From: Eledone cirrhosa
Lineage: Eukaryota
Assembly (NCBI GenBank): GCA_964016885.1
Contig: OZ024740.1
Location: 87,916,001 to 87,980,000 of the forward strand
DNA: 64,000 nucleotides
Direction: 5' to 3'
The translations under genes and the position numbers were made by a program. Position 1 is the stretch's first letter. Every line of letters starts with the position of its first letter. Below the pieces are notes generated by a model. That model was not told where the DNA came from and searched no databases. It saw only the letters and a list, made by a program, of their open reading frames with translations. Of this stretch, positions 50,689 through 64,000 are shown piece after piece.

Positions 50689-51997
50689 TTAGTTAAGTAA
50701 AACAAGACCACAAATTTCACAAGGAAGACGTTATTAAAAGATTGTCAACATATTTTAGTTTGATGTAAGGAATGTAGGGAATAATAATAATAATATTAAT
50801 AATAATAATGTCCGTTTACAATTGTTTCGCTACTCCATATAATATTTCTGGATCAGATGACTATATATCATTATTGATCTGGTTCAGTTGAAAATAATTA
50901 GCATATTTAAAAACAGAGCGGCTCATCGGAACTTCAAAGGAATATAAATTAAAATAAGGAGAGAATGTTGCATAATGTAATGTTCCATATATTTGTATTT
51001 CACTATGGTGTCCTGGTTGTATTTCACTATGGTGTCCTGGTTGTATCAGTTGTCAGCCATAATCAAGCAGTATTCATCTGTCGAGGCTGCATTGTGTGAG
51101 ATCTCACATCTCCTCTCCTATCTCCATCTCTCTCTTTAACATTGGTTACTCTTGAACTGTGTATCTTCTATGTTTGTTTACTTGTTTCGCTCACTTTACG
51201 CGATTTACTCGTCCCAATAGCTTTATTGGATTTTTAAAGCGATGAAATACCAATGAAGGTTGGAAAATCACTGATGAAGGACTATTTTTACCATATGTAA
51301 CCCATGTGCAACCACGCAGTATTCATTCTTCTCATGTTTTTTATATATATATTTTCCCCAACTGCGTTTGTCTGTTACTCTCTTACTGCTTCTCTCGCTC
51401 TCTCTGTTTCTCTCACCTTCTTTCGCCCCCTCTGTCAGTTACACTTTCTCTCGACTGGCCTCTTCCTCGCACTTCCACACACTCACTCTCTGCTTCTCCC
51501 CTTCTCACTTCCTCCCGTTTGGCCTGAACTGGGGTCCTTTCTTGCTCACACCTCACTCGCGTCGCACGGTCTGTTGTCTCTCGCCCATGAAATCCACACA
51601 GCTTAAGCTGATCGGACTCCCATGTGCTTGTTTTTTTCCTATCTTTGCGTTGCTATCCTTCTATGTTTGTTTACTTGTCTCGCTCGCTCTACGCGATTTA
51701 CTCGTCCCAATAGCTTTATTTAGCTATTGCTCGCACCAACTTGAGGTATATGATTTTAAAAGCGATGAAATACCAATGAAGGTTGGAAAATCATTGATGA
51801 AGGACTATTTTTACCATATGTAACCCATGTGCAATCACGCAGTATTCATTCTTCTCATGTTTTTATATACTGCCGTATATATATATATATATATCAAGCC
51901 TGGAGAGGGATGGGCTCCACCAGGCTTAAAATGCCCAAGGAACACCATATGATATTACGTCACACCTACGACTCTATCAGGAGTTACGGCGGTGGGA

Positions 51998-52036
<39 letters not shown>

Positions 52037-52519
52037 TTAGTTAAGTAAAACAAGACCACAAATTTCACAAGGAAGACGTTATTAAAAGATTGTCAACATA
52101 TTTTAGTTTGATGTAAGGAATGTAGGGAATAATAATAATAATATTAATAATAATAATGTCCGTTTACAATTGTTTCGCTACTCCATATAATATTTCTGGA
52201 TCAGATGACTATATATCATTATTGATCTGGTTCAGTTGAAAAAAATAATTAACATATTTAAAAACAGAGCGGCTCATCGGATCTTCAAAGGAATATAAAT
52301 TAAAATAAGGAGAGAATGTTGCATAATGTAATGTTCCATATATTGGTATTTCACTATGGTGTCCTGGTTGTATCAGTTGTCAGCCATAATCAAGCAGTAT
52401 TCATCTGTCGAGGCTGCATTGTGTGAGATCTCGCATCTCCTCTCCTATCTCCATCTCTCTCTTTAAGATTGGTTACTCTTGAACTGTATATATATATATA
52501 TATATATGGTCCCACTGCC

Positions 52520-52557
<38 letters not shown>

Positions 52558-52567
52558 TCCCACTGCC

Positions 52568-52607
<40 letters not shown>

Positions 52608-52708
52608 AGCCTGGAGAGGGATGGGCTCCACCATGCTTTAAATACCCAAGGAACACCATATGATATTACGTCACACCTATGACTCTATCAGGAGTTACGG
52701 CGGTGGGA

Positions 52709-52769
<61 letters not shown>

Positions 52770-52922
52770 TACGGGGGATAGAAAGTGACTCTGATTCTGA
52801 ATATCTAAAAGCAAGACCAATATAATAAACACATAAACATAGAGTCGTAGGTGTGACGTAATATCATATGGTGTTCCTTGGGTATTTAAAGCCTGGTGGA
52901 GCCCATCCCTCTCCAGGCTTGA
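50355..52922. repeat. Cluster of locally duplicated (TA)n-bounded modules
   Basis: Module M at 50355, 51895, 52605 and inverted at 52839-52922; module N at 50684 and 52031; module P at 51165 and 51657. Confidence 0.85.
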
Positions 52923-53512
52923 TATATATATATATATATCAAAGGTATATATTGAGTTAGGAACTCAAAATAGTCTCTTACAACAAAATAGCTCTAAGAA
53001 AGAGATATTTCCGAGCCGTATATTATAATTGAATATAAAAGAAAAATTATATATATATATAGTCCTGTAGAAGTCATCTATAATAATTATAAAACAGTAG
53101 TTTTTCTGTTTGTACGTTGACGGCTAATAACAATAAATAGAATTGGAAATAGTTAAGGTTTTTCGTGTTTTTTCAATTAATCTGACCTCAGAAATGCTCG
53201 CCATCGACCTTTTCTCCGAAATCGGAATGAGGCGGGTAAATTTTACTGCAATTTCTAGCAAAGAGAATCTGTGGCAGGTACTCTTGCTGGATTATACATT
53301 CATATAACTTCTCTCTATCTATATCTTACTCGGTTTCTCTCTATCTAGCTATCTCCCTCAATGTCTCTCTATTTGTTTTTACGTCTCTCATTTTCTATTT
53401 CTCTTTCTCTCTTAACTTTTCTCTATCTCTTTATTTCTATGTGTCTTTCTCTCTATTTATATATATGTATTTCTCTATGTATCTCTTCTTTCTATATATC
53501 TATCTATTTTTC

Positions 53513-53586
<74 letters not shown>

Positions 53587-54422
53587 ATATGTCCCTCTCC
53601 ATGTCTCACTATCTCTCTTACTATCTCCCTATATATCTTTGTCTGTATATATGTTTCTTGACCTTCGCCCACTTGATTCTGCGGAACTTCCAGGAGGTCG
53701 AAGCTAGAAAGTGTGAGTGGTGCATCAGCTCTGGGCAGCTACTTTCTTTATCTACTCAGAAATATTAAATGCGAAGAATATTCCCCCCCCCCCACATATA
53801 TATATATATACGTATGTATATATGAGTGTGTATGTGTTTGTATGTATCCCTGTCCATGACTACGTTTGTGCCTGTTTTTGTGAATAATAAAAGAATTTAA
53901 AAATATCTTTTGTTAGAAATATGGTAACGAATAGGTTAAACCAAATATATTTTCATATAGTGTTTTAAAGACATTTAAAATTAGAATGTAGTCGAAAAAT
54001 TGGCTTCACGATAGTGAGCTCTTGACAAGTCATTATCAGTGCCTCTGGATATGACTGGCAAACGGATGCATGCAGAGATAAAACTGCATCCTACGGACGA
54101 AATCGATATTTTGAACTGTTTTGGTGTTTTAAGAATGTAACAGTATGTATGGAATTTTGACAGGTAGACTGGCATGTTACTTCTGGAGATGGTCAAACGC
54201 ATATGACATATATATTTAGACTCTGGTCGTATTGTTGCAAAATTTGTTTTAGATAGTTTTGAATCAAGGAGAAAATTCTGCTGACTATTATGGAAGAATT
54301 GCTGAGTAAAGTTGGTGACACAATGCATATGTTTTCTATAGCTACATTGTGGTTTTATCTTTATGTGTTTATTATATTGGTCTTGCTCTTAGATATTCAT
54401 AATCAGAGTCACTTTCTATCTC

Positions 54423-54518
<96 letters not shown>

Positions 54519-54615
54519 TTGTGTATGTGTGTGTGTGTGAGTGTGTGTGTGTATATATATATATGTATATATTTACATGTATATAATGGGTTTATAGTAT
54601 TTTTCCATCTCCCAT

Positions 54616-54654
<39 letters not shown>

Positions 54655-55531
54655 TGCTACCCAGAAAAGGGGAGCTTAAAACGACAGTGATGATGATACA
54701 CATATAATGGGTTTATAGAAATGTGTTGAGCTGAAACGCAGAAATAACTGTCAAACAGCCGGTTGCTACAAATAATCATAACCTAGAAATTCGAGTAAAA
54801 TACCATGGAGATGGAAAAGGGTGAGCAACGAGCGCCAACAAACTGAAAGCCTTTTAGAAACGTCAGCGAGTGGCCATGAGAAAAGAAGATGAGGGAGAAG
54901 TTAAGCGAGAGAGAGAGAGAGAGAGAGAGAGATTATGTCATCAACTTCCAGCTATCCGAACGGTTTCGTGTGGTGAAATATTCTTCGTTGTTTATGTCTA
55001 GTAAGATGAAACAGGCTCCTTACTTTCACTAGTTGCCTTTAAAGATCAGATTCACTCGAATCTGTATTGTCTATATACACATATGCGTTGTTGTTAATGT
55101 CACAGTTGTTGTCGTTGCCTTCCTCTTGTTAATGGTGATGGTAGATGAAACTGCTTCCAATTTGGGCTGCCAGGCAGTATGCTGAGGCTCGAGTGTCTTT
55201 TCGATCCACTAACGTTATAGTTAACTCCTTTGCTTTTCTTCTTAAAACGTTGACATCGATAAAATATTTTATACTATATTAAACACTCGAAACCTTTACC
55301 TATTCGTATCTGTATTCGGTATGCAGAAGTTCTGAGGTATTTTCATTCAGCCAAATACTTAATATCAATTATCTTGATATTACACACACAAACTTACATG
55401 TATATATATATTTATATATATATATACAAATATATGTGTCTGTGTGTGTGTGTGTGTGTGTGTGTATGTATATTTATACATACATATACATATATATATA
55501 TGTATGTATGTATATATATATATACATACAT

Positions 55532-55603
<72 letters not shown>

Positions 55604-56580
55604 CAAAGGCGGTGCCTCAGCTGGATGGCTGGAACAAGTAAAAGAGTAAAAGAGTATACAGTAATATTAGAAAGTTATCACACCAAGTTTTAAAATGTTA
55701 TCGAAAGTAATATATTCCATAGATTATTTATTTTCAAGTTCCACCTTATACGAAATAATCCTTTTAAGATCATACACTGGGACACCAGTTCGCTTCCATG
55801 TCTGAAAACCGAAGTTCATTTTTCTGAAGTTCTCGTTCTGAAGGCCGTTCAATTCTACGTACAATTTCATTCGATTTTAGGTCGTCTTTAAATTTCTTGC
55901 GAAGTTCAAAGCACACGTAAAAATGTCAATAATTTGACCGAGTATCAAGACACGAAGGAGAACTTTGCATCAATACAATGCAAGGTTCAGGAATTCCGTG
56001 AACATACCCTAAGAGATTCCACCACTAATTCCAATCACGTGAGTGAGTTGAAGGATTCTTGCACAATCACCCACGTTTTACTAGTGAGTGGTCGTCATGA
56101 ACATTCATCTTACACTGACACTCAACCCACTTCGGAACGTGCATGACACACAAAAATCTGTGTTCGGGTGAAAGACTTTTTCACCCAAAGCAAGACGAAG
56201 TATTTTGAGGGCCTCGGTTGTAGATTTGCCCAGTTCCATTTAATATTTGATGCACATCTTGCTCCAAATGGTCAGTTATTGTAGAAATTGCAAAGCCGTT
56301 GTTAACACGACGTTATAAAATCTCACGTAATACTGGAACACGCATAGGTAGCATGAAGTCTATATGAAGATTAAGTCGGTAGGCTCGGCTACCAGTGAGA
56401 GTCAGCTGCACACACAATTTAGTTGAGTGGTGCTATTACAACACATGCCATCAGTAAACATTTTAACAAGGCCTCATGTAGATATAAACACATTCACAAA
56501 TATACAGACACAAACACATAGACACAGATACAAATACACACACACACACACATACACACACACGCGTGCACACAAGAATA

Positions 56581-56625
<45 letters not shown>

Positions 56626-57156
56626 ACCAAAGGAATATACATCCTCAACTATATACTGTATAGTATTGAATACTCAATTGAAACGGTCCTGTTACCCTTT
56701 AGCAAGAAAAGACAATAAATGTACAAACACGCATTAAACTGCCATACCCCTTATTTATATATGTAGTGTTTTCCAGATATTAAAGAAACATAGTACACAC
56801 ACACATGCACATGGATATATATATATTGATGTATAAGGGAACACAGAATCAGTGTTGCATCATACATATTTAATTACATATTACATATGTTTCACTGTCG
56901 ATCAGTTCGAGGCACGATCTATTAATTATCGAACCTGACTCTGGAATCGGAAGCTCTTCAGATATGTGTTAACATGTAGACTCGTGCTTCGAACTGATCG
57001 ACAGTGAAACATATGTAATATGCAATTAAATATGTATATGATCCAAGACTGATTCTTTGTTCCCTTGTATATTAATACTACCGATACACTGCTCGCCAAG
57101 AGCATCGAGTGCTCATTCGGCATACCGCCCACGGACGCAATTTGCACCTTCAATAC

Positions 57157-57300
<144 letters not shown>

Positions 57301-57490
57301 ATATACGTACATACGATTTTATATAGAAATTACTTCTACAAGACTAGAAATGTTTCATTCGTATGAAATCATCACGAATTCTAGTTCAATAGATGTCATT
57401 TCTATATAAAATAACCAATGTCTATACACTACCAATGTATTGAGTACCTTTTGTAACTTGGTTAGCCCCCAACACAACTCTGGAATCTAC

Positions 57491-57528
<38 letters not shown>

Positions 57529-57711
57529 ACGAAGGAAATGTGGTAAGGAACCAGATGGGCCATAACGCACCAAAGTACTCAATACTTAGGGTAGTAGATT
57601 GGGTAATAGGAACGAGTAGGACTCCGAATTGGCCGTCGAAACGGCTTGGGCTTGGTCCTACTCGTTCCTATATATATATATATATGCTTATGTATTTCTT
57701 CTGCAAGATTC

Positions 57712-57746
<35 letters not shown>

Positions 57747-57884
57747 GTGCATATGTGTATACTACGTTTCTTTAATATTTGGAAAACACTATATTCATAT
57801 CTGAATATGTCAAAAGAATTATCCTTCTATTTTTCTCCTTCCCCCGTTCTCTGCCTACTGATTTCCATCATTTTCTACTTCCAC

Positions 57885-58065
57885 CTCGTCGTCATTGTCC
57901 TACGTTGTGATGGCCTTTATCGTCGTTGTGATGGCCTTTGTCGTCGTTGTGATGGCCTTGTCATCGTTGTGATGGCCTTGTCGTCGTTGTCGTCGTCGTC
58001 ATTGTCCTACGTTGTGATGGCCTTTGTCGTCGTTGTGATGGCCTTGTCATCGTCGTTGTCGTCGC
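57885..58065. repeat. 20-21-bp minisatellite (gtcgtcgttgtgatggcctt)
   Basis: At least six gttgtgatggcctt units. Confidence 0.9.
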
Positions 58066-58392
58066 AGGCATTTACATTTAGTAGTTTCTGTTGCCGTCGT
58101 TATCGTCATTGCTTCTTAGTCGTTGTCGTAGTCACCGGTGTCCTCATAGTAGTCATCATCATACAAGAATTACTAGACTCTAGGTTATCATCGAAGGCCA
58201 TATATCAGTGGATTTTTAGCTGGCGATTCAAGTGTCTCTGAGTGTGGCACGTTTATATCAACAACGTCCACAAGTCTTTCGAAATAATATTCAGACATAA
58301 ATCATAGCAATGAAAATGCATGGATGAATTTAATGAAGAAATAACAAAGGAACGAAGAACGAAGTGGAAAGGGAAATCAAATTAAATAGTGC

Positions 58393-58551
<159 letters not shown>

Positions 58552-58559
58552 CACATATA

Positions 58560-58651
<92 letters not shown>

Positions 58652-59172
58652 CTGTGTATAAATACATACAGACATACACACAAACACACACACATATATA
58701 TTTATGGCAGAATGACAGAGTAGTTATAACGTTTGGTAGTATGTCTCAGAGTGTTCGTTCGTGATCTCTGTGCTTTGATTTCAAATCCTTCCTAGGTTAA
58801 ACTTTGTCATTTATACTTTCGAGATCGATAAAGTACCCGAAAAAAATCGTTTGTGGTCTACCCGATGAGTGTATATATGTATACATATATATATATCATA
58901 AAACATGTCTATAGAATCACCAGATAAAATATATACCGTTTCCTCTCCCAATTAGCATAATTAACCATATAAACAATCAATTAGACCAAGCTAAAAGAAT
59001 AAAGGCTCCTATGAAGAAATCTCCGACAAATAACCGAAAGCAGCCCCTTCGCGGCGGTTACGACGGAGTATTTATCGAATATTTTGACAGCATGTATAAA
59101 TCGACCAGATATACAGTCAACTAAACAGAATTAGGTGTAAAATAAACTAGAAGAAATGCGTACTTATTTATT

Positions 59173-59252
59173 TACCTCTACCATGGTTTCGTCCGCATTT
59201 TAAGACATCCGATAACATGGGATATCTAGAGCTTCGGATTCTTCAGGAGTTA
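59173..59252 (-). ncRNA. Hammerhead-like motif with enlarged stem II loop (family H6)
   Basis: taactc-CTGAAGA-atccg...cggac-GAAA-ccatggt-a-gaggta: palindromic ACCATGGT, GUA triplet. Confidence 0.68.
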
Positions 59253-59835
59253 TCTCAAATTTAGACAATTAATTTTCCAAAGTGATCGCACCGATTCTAT
59301 TTAGTTGACTGTATATCTGGTCGATTTATACATGCTGTCAAAATATTCGATAAATACCCCGTCGTAACCGCCGCGAAGGGGCTGCTTTCGGTTATTTGTC
59401 GGAGATTTCTTCATAGGAGCCTTTATTCTTATAGCTTGGTCTAATTGATTGTTTATATGGTTAATTATGCTAATTGGGAGAGAAAACGGTATATATTTTA
59501 TCTGGTGATTCTATAGACATGTTTTATTATATATAGCTCTGATTATTTAATTTATTAATTCTTCATTGAGCCACAACGTGACCCGTTGCAAAACACATAT
59601 ATATCTATGACTTTATATATATATATATATGTAACACTTTATATGTAATACTCTCCCGTTAGGTTGAGATACAATTTGGCTGTATTGGGCTGCGCTTTCT
59701 AACAAAAAGCCTACCAGCCGTAACCAACTAATCACATCCTTTCTAACTTGACTGCTGCCACGTCACGATTCTTAGCCATTTTTGAATGTATTCTTGGCGC
59801 GATCACTTTGGAAAATTAATTGTCTAAATTTGAGC

Positions 59836-59915
59836 TAACTCCTGAAGAAACCAAAGCTCTAGATATCCCATGTTATCGGATGTTTTAAAATGCGGACGAA
59901 ACCATGGTAGAAGTA
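59836..59915 (+). ncRNA. Hammerhead-like motif (family H6), more mutated copy
   Basis: taactc-CTGAAGA-...cggac-GAAA-ccatggt-a-gaagta; stems I and II weakened. Confidence 0.55.
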
Positions 59916-60308
59916 ATTAAATATGTACGCATTTCTTCTAGTTTATTTTACACCTAATTCTGTTTAGTTGACTGTATATCTGGTCGATTTATACATGCTG
60001 TCGAAATATTCGATAAATACTCCGTCGTAACCGCCGCGAAGGGGCTGCTTTCGGTTATTTGTCGGAGATTTCTTCATAGGAGCCTTTATTCTTATAGCTT
60101 GGTCTAATTGATTGTTTATATGGTTAATTATGCTAATTGGGAGAGGAAACGGCATATATTTTATCTGGTGATTCTATAGACATGTTTTATGATATATAGC
60201 TCTGATTATTTAATTTATTAATTCTTCAGCAAGCCACAACGTGACCGGTTGCAAAACACATATATATCTATGACTTTATATATATACATATATGTAAACC
60301 TTTATATG

Positions 60309-60392
<84 letters not shown>

Positions 60393-61912
60393 CATATAAA
60401 TACACACACACACACACATATATATTTACATAAATACACATACACACACACATATATATATATATAAGTATGATGTGTAACTCTGTTCGATTCTTTTGCT
60501 TGTCATAGAATTTCACATCTACTAATGCTTAGTAAGTGAATCCCGCCCCCACCAATCCATGAATTCCTTTCCTTCATTGCTCATTATAATTTAATAACCT
60601 GTCTCTCTTTTACAGTTAACAGCAATAAATTAACATGAACAAATCTCTACAATGGATTATTTACCACAGTTTATGATGATTCGTGGCTTTATTTATTTAC
60701 CACGAACGCCAGCAAGAGACGCCTGTGTCTGGTCGAACAATTTGTTGGACATAACAGTCAAATATCATGCAAATCCTATTATAACACTTTGAAAAGAAAA
60801 GAAGAATTGTCTATCCTGAGTAATATAATCGTGGTTCTCTATACGTTAGAGATAGACCGAATGATGACAGTTTGAATGACTTCGACCATAGGTGTGTTCA
60901 ATCAGAACTGACCTGGGGTTAAATCATGAGGACGATGTCAATGATAACGGCATATCTAGGATTACATTATCTAAAGTGTTCTTCCTCCTTAACGTTTTTG
61001 AAAGAAAGCCGGTAAGCTGTGATTTGATTAAGATTAACTTTCTTGTAAGATGAGTTCTCATTTGAAGACTTCTTCAATCGTTTCAATAATATCAATTATA
61101 ATATTAATTATTAAAAATTCTATTGAGTCACGCATTTGTAAATGAGGTGCATTTATCGTATCAACACTGGAAAAATTTGAATTAAAAGACATAAAGAACG
61201 AAGATAAATATGATACAACTATTGGTTTGGGCAATATGTCTTTTCAGTTTTTAAGTGAGAATAAGACACGTTTTAAACACAAAGGCATTTATTCAAACAA
61301 TGATGTAATTAATGTTTCGTTGCAGTATCTTCTGTCAACTTGTGGGCAGATCCATTATTTCATGCTCAAAGGACTTTTAGTTTTTATTGCCTTAAAACTC
61401 TTTCAGGTAATTTTTTATCCTTTCAAAGTTGAAGAACTGTCCATTCAATAAAATTCGAAGAGACCGAAACTGGTAAAAATCTGAAGGTGCAAGGTCAAGT
61501 GAATTTAGAGGGTGCAGCTAAATTTCCCAGCCAAGGCCCAGTAACTCCTGCAACGTCTACAAAGAAATGTGCAGTCTTGCATTGTCATGATGTAAGACAC
61601 TGCCACTGCGATGGCAAGTGCTAGACACGTCTGGCGTTGTCGCTTTTATAAAATAGATAGTGTTAATGGACATAACTATTTTTGGCGGTTGTTATACATA
61701 CAATATATCAATACAATATATCTATATTTATTTTTCCTTCTGTACATTCGTTGCATGCTGTATTGTACACGGACCGTCCTTGCTTGTTTCAAATAGCATA
61801 TCATTTCACTGAGAAAAACATTACTGAGCTCCTCACATATCTGGTGAATTGGACACTATGAATTAATTTCCACTAAACCTCCCACAGCATAACATAACGG
61901 ATTCTAAAGGAA

Positions 61913-61943
<31 letters not shown>

Positions 61944-62677
61944 AAGAGAGGAGGTAGACTGAGAGAAGAATCGACCCACTATTTGATTGGTAGTTTATTT
62001 ATCGACCCCATGATGGATGAAATGTAAAGTTGAACTGAGGAGTGATTTTAAACTCAAGACATTCTATCGCAAGGTAGTGTAGGTGCGACCTAACGATTCT
62101 ACCCCCTGATTCCACGCCTTTATCTACATATAGTAACATTTACCATTTATTCAAAGCTGTGCTGTAGAAAACTGATCAGAATAAAAAAAAAAGCTTAACA
62201 AAAACAGAATCAGCTTTCTCCTTTATTACGCTAAAGTGAAAGTATAGTGGACATTTTATTTTCCCCGATTGCCTGATGAGAAGACATTAGCAAAAACTAT
62301 TTATAGCTCCGTATTTGTTTGTTTGTTTTAGTAATATTTCGTTGTTCTACATAATCGTCCATGAATAATTTACACTAAGCGAAACTGATCTAAATTCCCA
62401 ATTATTAACGATAAAATTGAGACACATCATTCAAAACACACACACCCACACCCACACGCTCAAATACACGCACACATACGTTCGCATGCACACATATTCT
62501 ACCTGTTGATTGAATATATTAATTTCATTACCTTTGGATTTGCAGGTGGTAATTAGGTCAATTGGAATACATCGACTCTTGTTGATTGATTTCTTTCGTC
62601 TGCCATTATCAAAGCTATTTCGTCCTCTAGCATAATAACATCCCTATGCGAGCTTAGCTTAGATTTCTTCTTTACGT

Positions 62678-62835
<158 letters not shown>

Positions 62836-64000
62836 CTGTCTCTCTATCGATCAATCAATCTATTTATCGGTTTATTTGTCTGCCTGTCTATCAATCTCTC
62901 TCTCGCCCCCCACCCTTTCTCTCTCTCTCTATATATATATATGAAAATGCTCAAGACCCCGACGGCAGAGCTCAAGCTGTTTCGACATCTATTTCTGGAC
63001 AAATATATTTATGTTTTGTTATAATCCTTTATTATTCATTCATTCCTATATTATTCTCAACTCAGTAAAATATGCTCCACTAGGGAAAAGGTAAGGAGCC
63101 AATCGTGAGACCGAACCAAGGAAACAATGTTTTCATTAGTCTTTCTATTGCTGATAATGTCTGCCGGTCGCCTCTCTTGGTGAAATGAACAACTTACAAT
63201 AAAGTATTTTGCTAAAGAGCAGAACACACTGACTGGTCCATGAATCGAACAGTCCAGCACCTTAAACAATAGGCTCCGTGTCTTTACTAAGGAGGTTTAA
63301 TAAGACCGTAAGGTGTCCTTTGCTTCTTTCATCAGTTGGCTTTATTTAAACTTAAAGCTACTCCAGACTGCATTGTCTGTGTCAGGTTTAACCTGGAACT
63401 GCACAACAACAACAACAACAACAACAATAACAACACATCATCATCAACAATAACAATGCCATTAAATAGAATAATGTAATTATGAATATCATGCAATTTC
63501 TTTTGTAGAAAATTAGCTGGAAATAATAAAAGAAATGGAAGTGGCAGAGAAAAAAAAGAAGCCTAAATTAGTTCCTATCAGATATTTTATGTTTCTGAGG
63601 TCAACATTCTATTATGCGGGAATTGTTGGTTTAATATCCTCACTGTATGAAGTAAATAATGGTTTCTGATTTAGGCACAAGGCCAACAATTTGGGTGAAG
63701 AGGAAAGTCGATTAAATCGACCGCATCGCATTACTGGTACTTTATTTTATCAACCCCGACGGGATTTGAACTCAGAATGTAAAGGACCGTAACTCAATGC
63801 CTCAAAACATGTTATCCGACGCTCTACCAATTCTGCCAATTCACCACCCTTGGAATAAATAATGGTTTCTTATATAGGCAGAAGGCTAGCAATTCCAATT
63901 CTTTTGGGGGGGGGGGGGGGGTAGTCGATTAAATCGACCCCAGTGCGTGACTGGTACTTTATTTTATCGACCCCATAAGGATGAAACGCAAAGATAACCT

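Larger units (their letters stand above)
58895..60290 (+). mobile_element. Non-coding PLE-like insertion: partial tandem repeat plus inverted 5' copy
   Basis: 58895-59290 is the reverse complement of 59800-60195; 59301-59620 is a direct repeat of 59963-60290; (TA)n flanks; hammerheads present. Confidence 0.85.

Noticed and set aside
51270-51300. CTGATGAAGGAC possible hammerhead start
   Set aside because: No closing stem II or GAAA; the second copy at 51793 reads TTGATGA.
51940-51990. Minus-strand ctgataga-gtc...gac-gtaa in module M
   Set aside because: Core deviates at several invariant positions and lacks an NUH triplet.
53981-54350. Possible coding remnant (115-aa ORF, or a decayed PLE endonuclease on the plus strand)
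   Set aside because: Motifs too degraded to support a call by eye.
57885-58065. Regularly repeated 20-mers (CRISPR-like?) and a 233-aa ORF
   Set aside because: No unique spacers or cas genes; this is a eukaryotic minisatellite.
62272-62310. CTGATGA...AAAA-ctatttatag
   Set aside because: No GAAA, and stems I and II do not pair.

Overview
Gene-free, AT-rich, microsatellite-dense eukaryotic DNA. It is probably an octopus or other cephalopod, inferred from the SINE-like repeats and the (TA)n/(TACA)n/(GATA)n density; this is not proven. No host protein-coding gene, rRNA, true tRNA or CRISPR array is evident, and almost all short ORFs in the track are translations of simple repeats or antisense retroelement frames. 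The window is a transposable-element graveyard with clear structure. (1) Two diverged L1/Tx1-type LINEs lie head-to-tail in (GATA)n (2651-14356). (2) R4/Dong-like RLE retroelements are always anchored in (TACA)n, twice tail-to-tail with RTE-like 3' ends that carry (GTAT)n tails. (3) A 3.9-kb RTE LINE has a 15-bp TSD and an antisense CR1 fragment in its 5' region. (4) A Penelope-like element (PLE) has an inverted pseudo-LTR. (5) The most notable signal is 6-7 unrelated families of short, mostly non-coding, (TA)n-embedded fold-back elements carrying minimal type I hammerhead ribozyme motifs, each family with its own palindromic stem III. (6) A separate (TA)n-embedded hairpin family has arms that co-vary from copy to copy. 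Coordinates were read by eye and may be off by a few bases; no ribozyme activity or family assignment was tested computationally.
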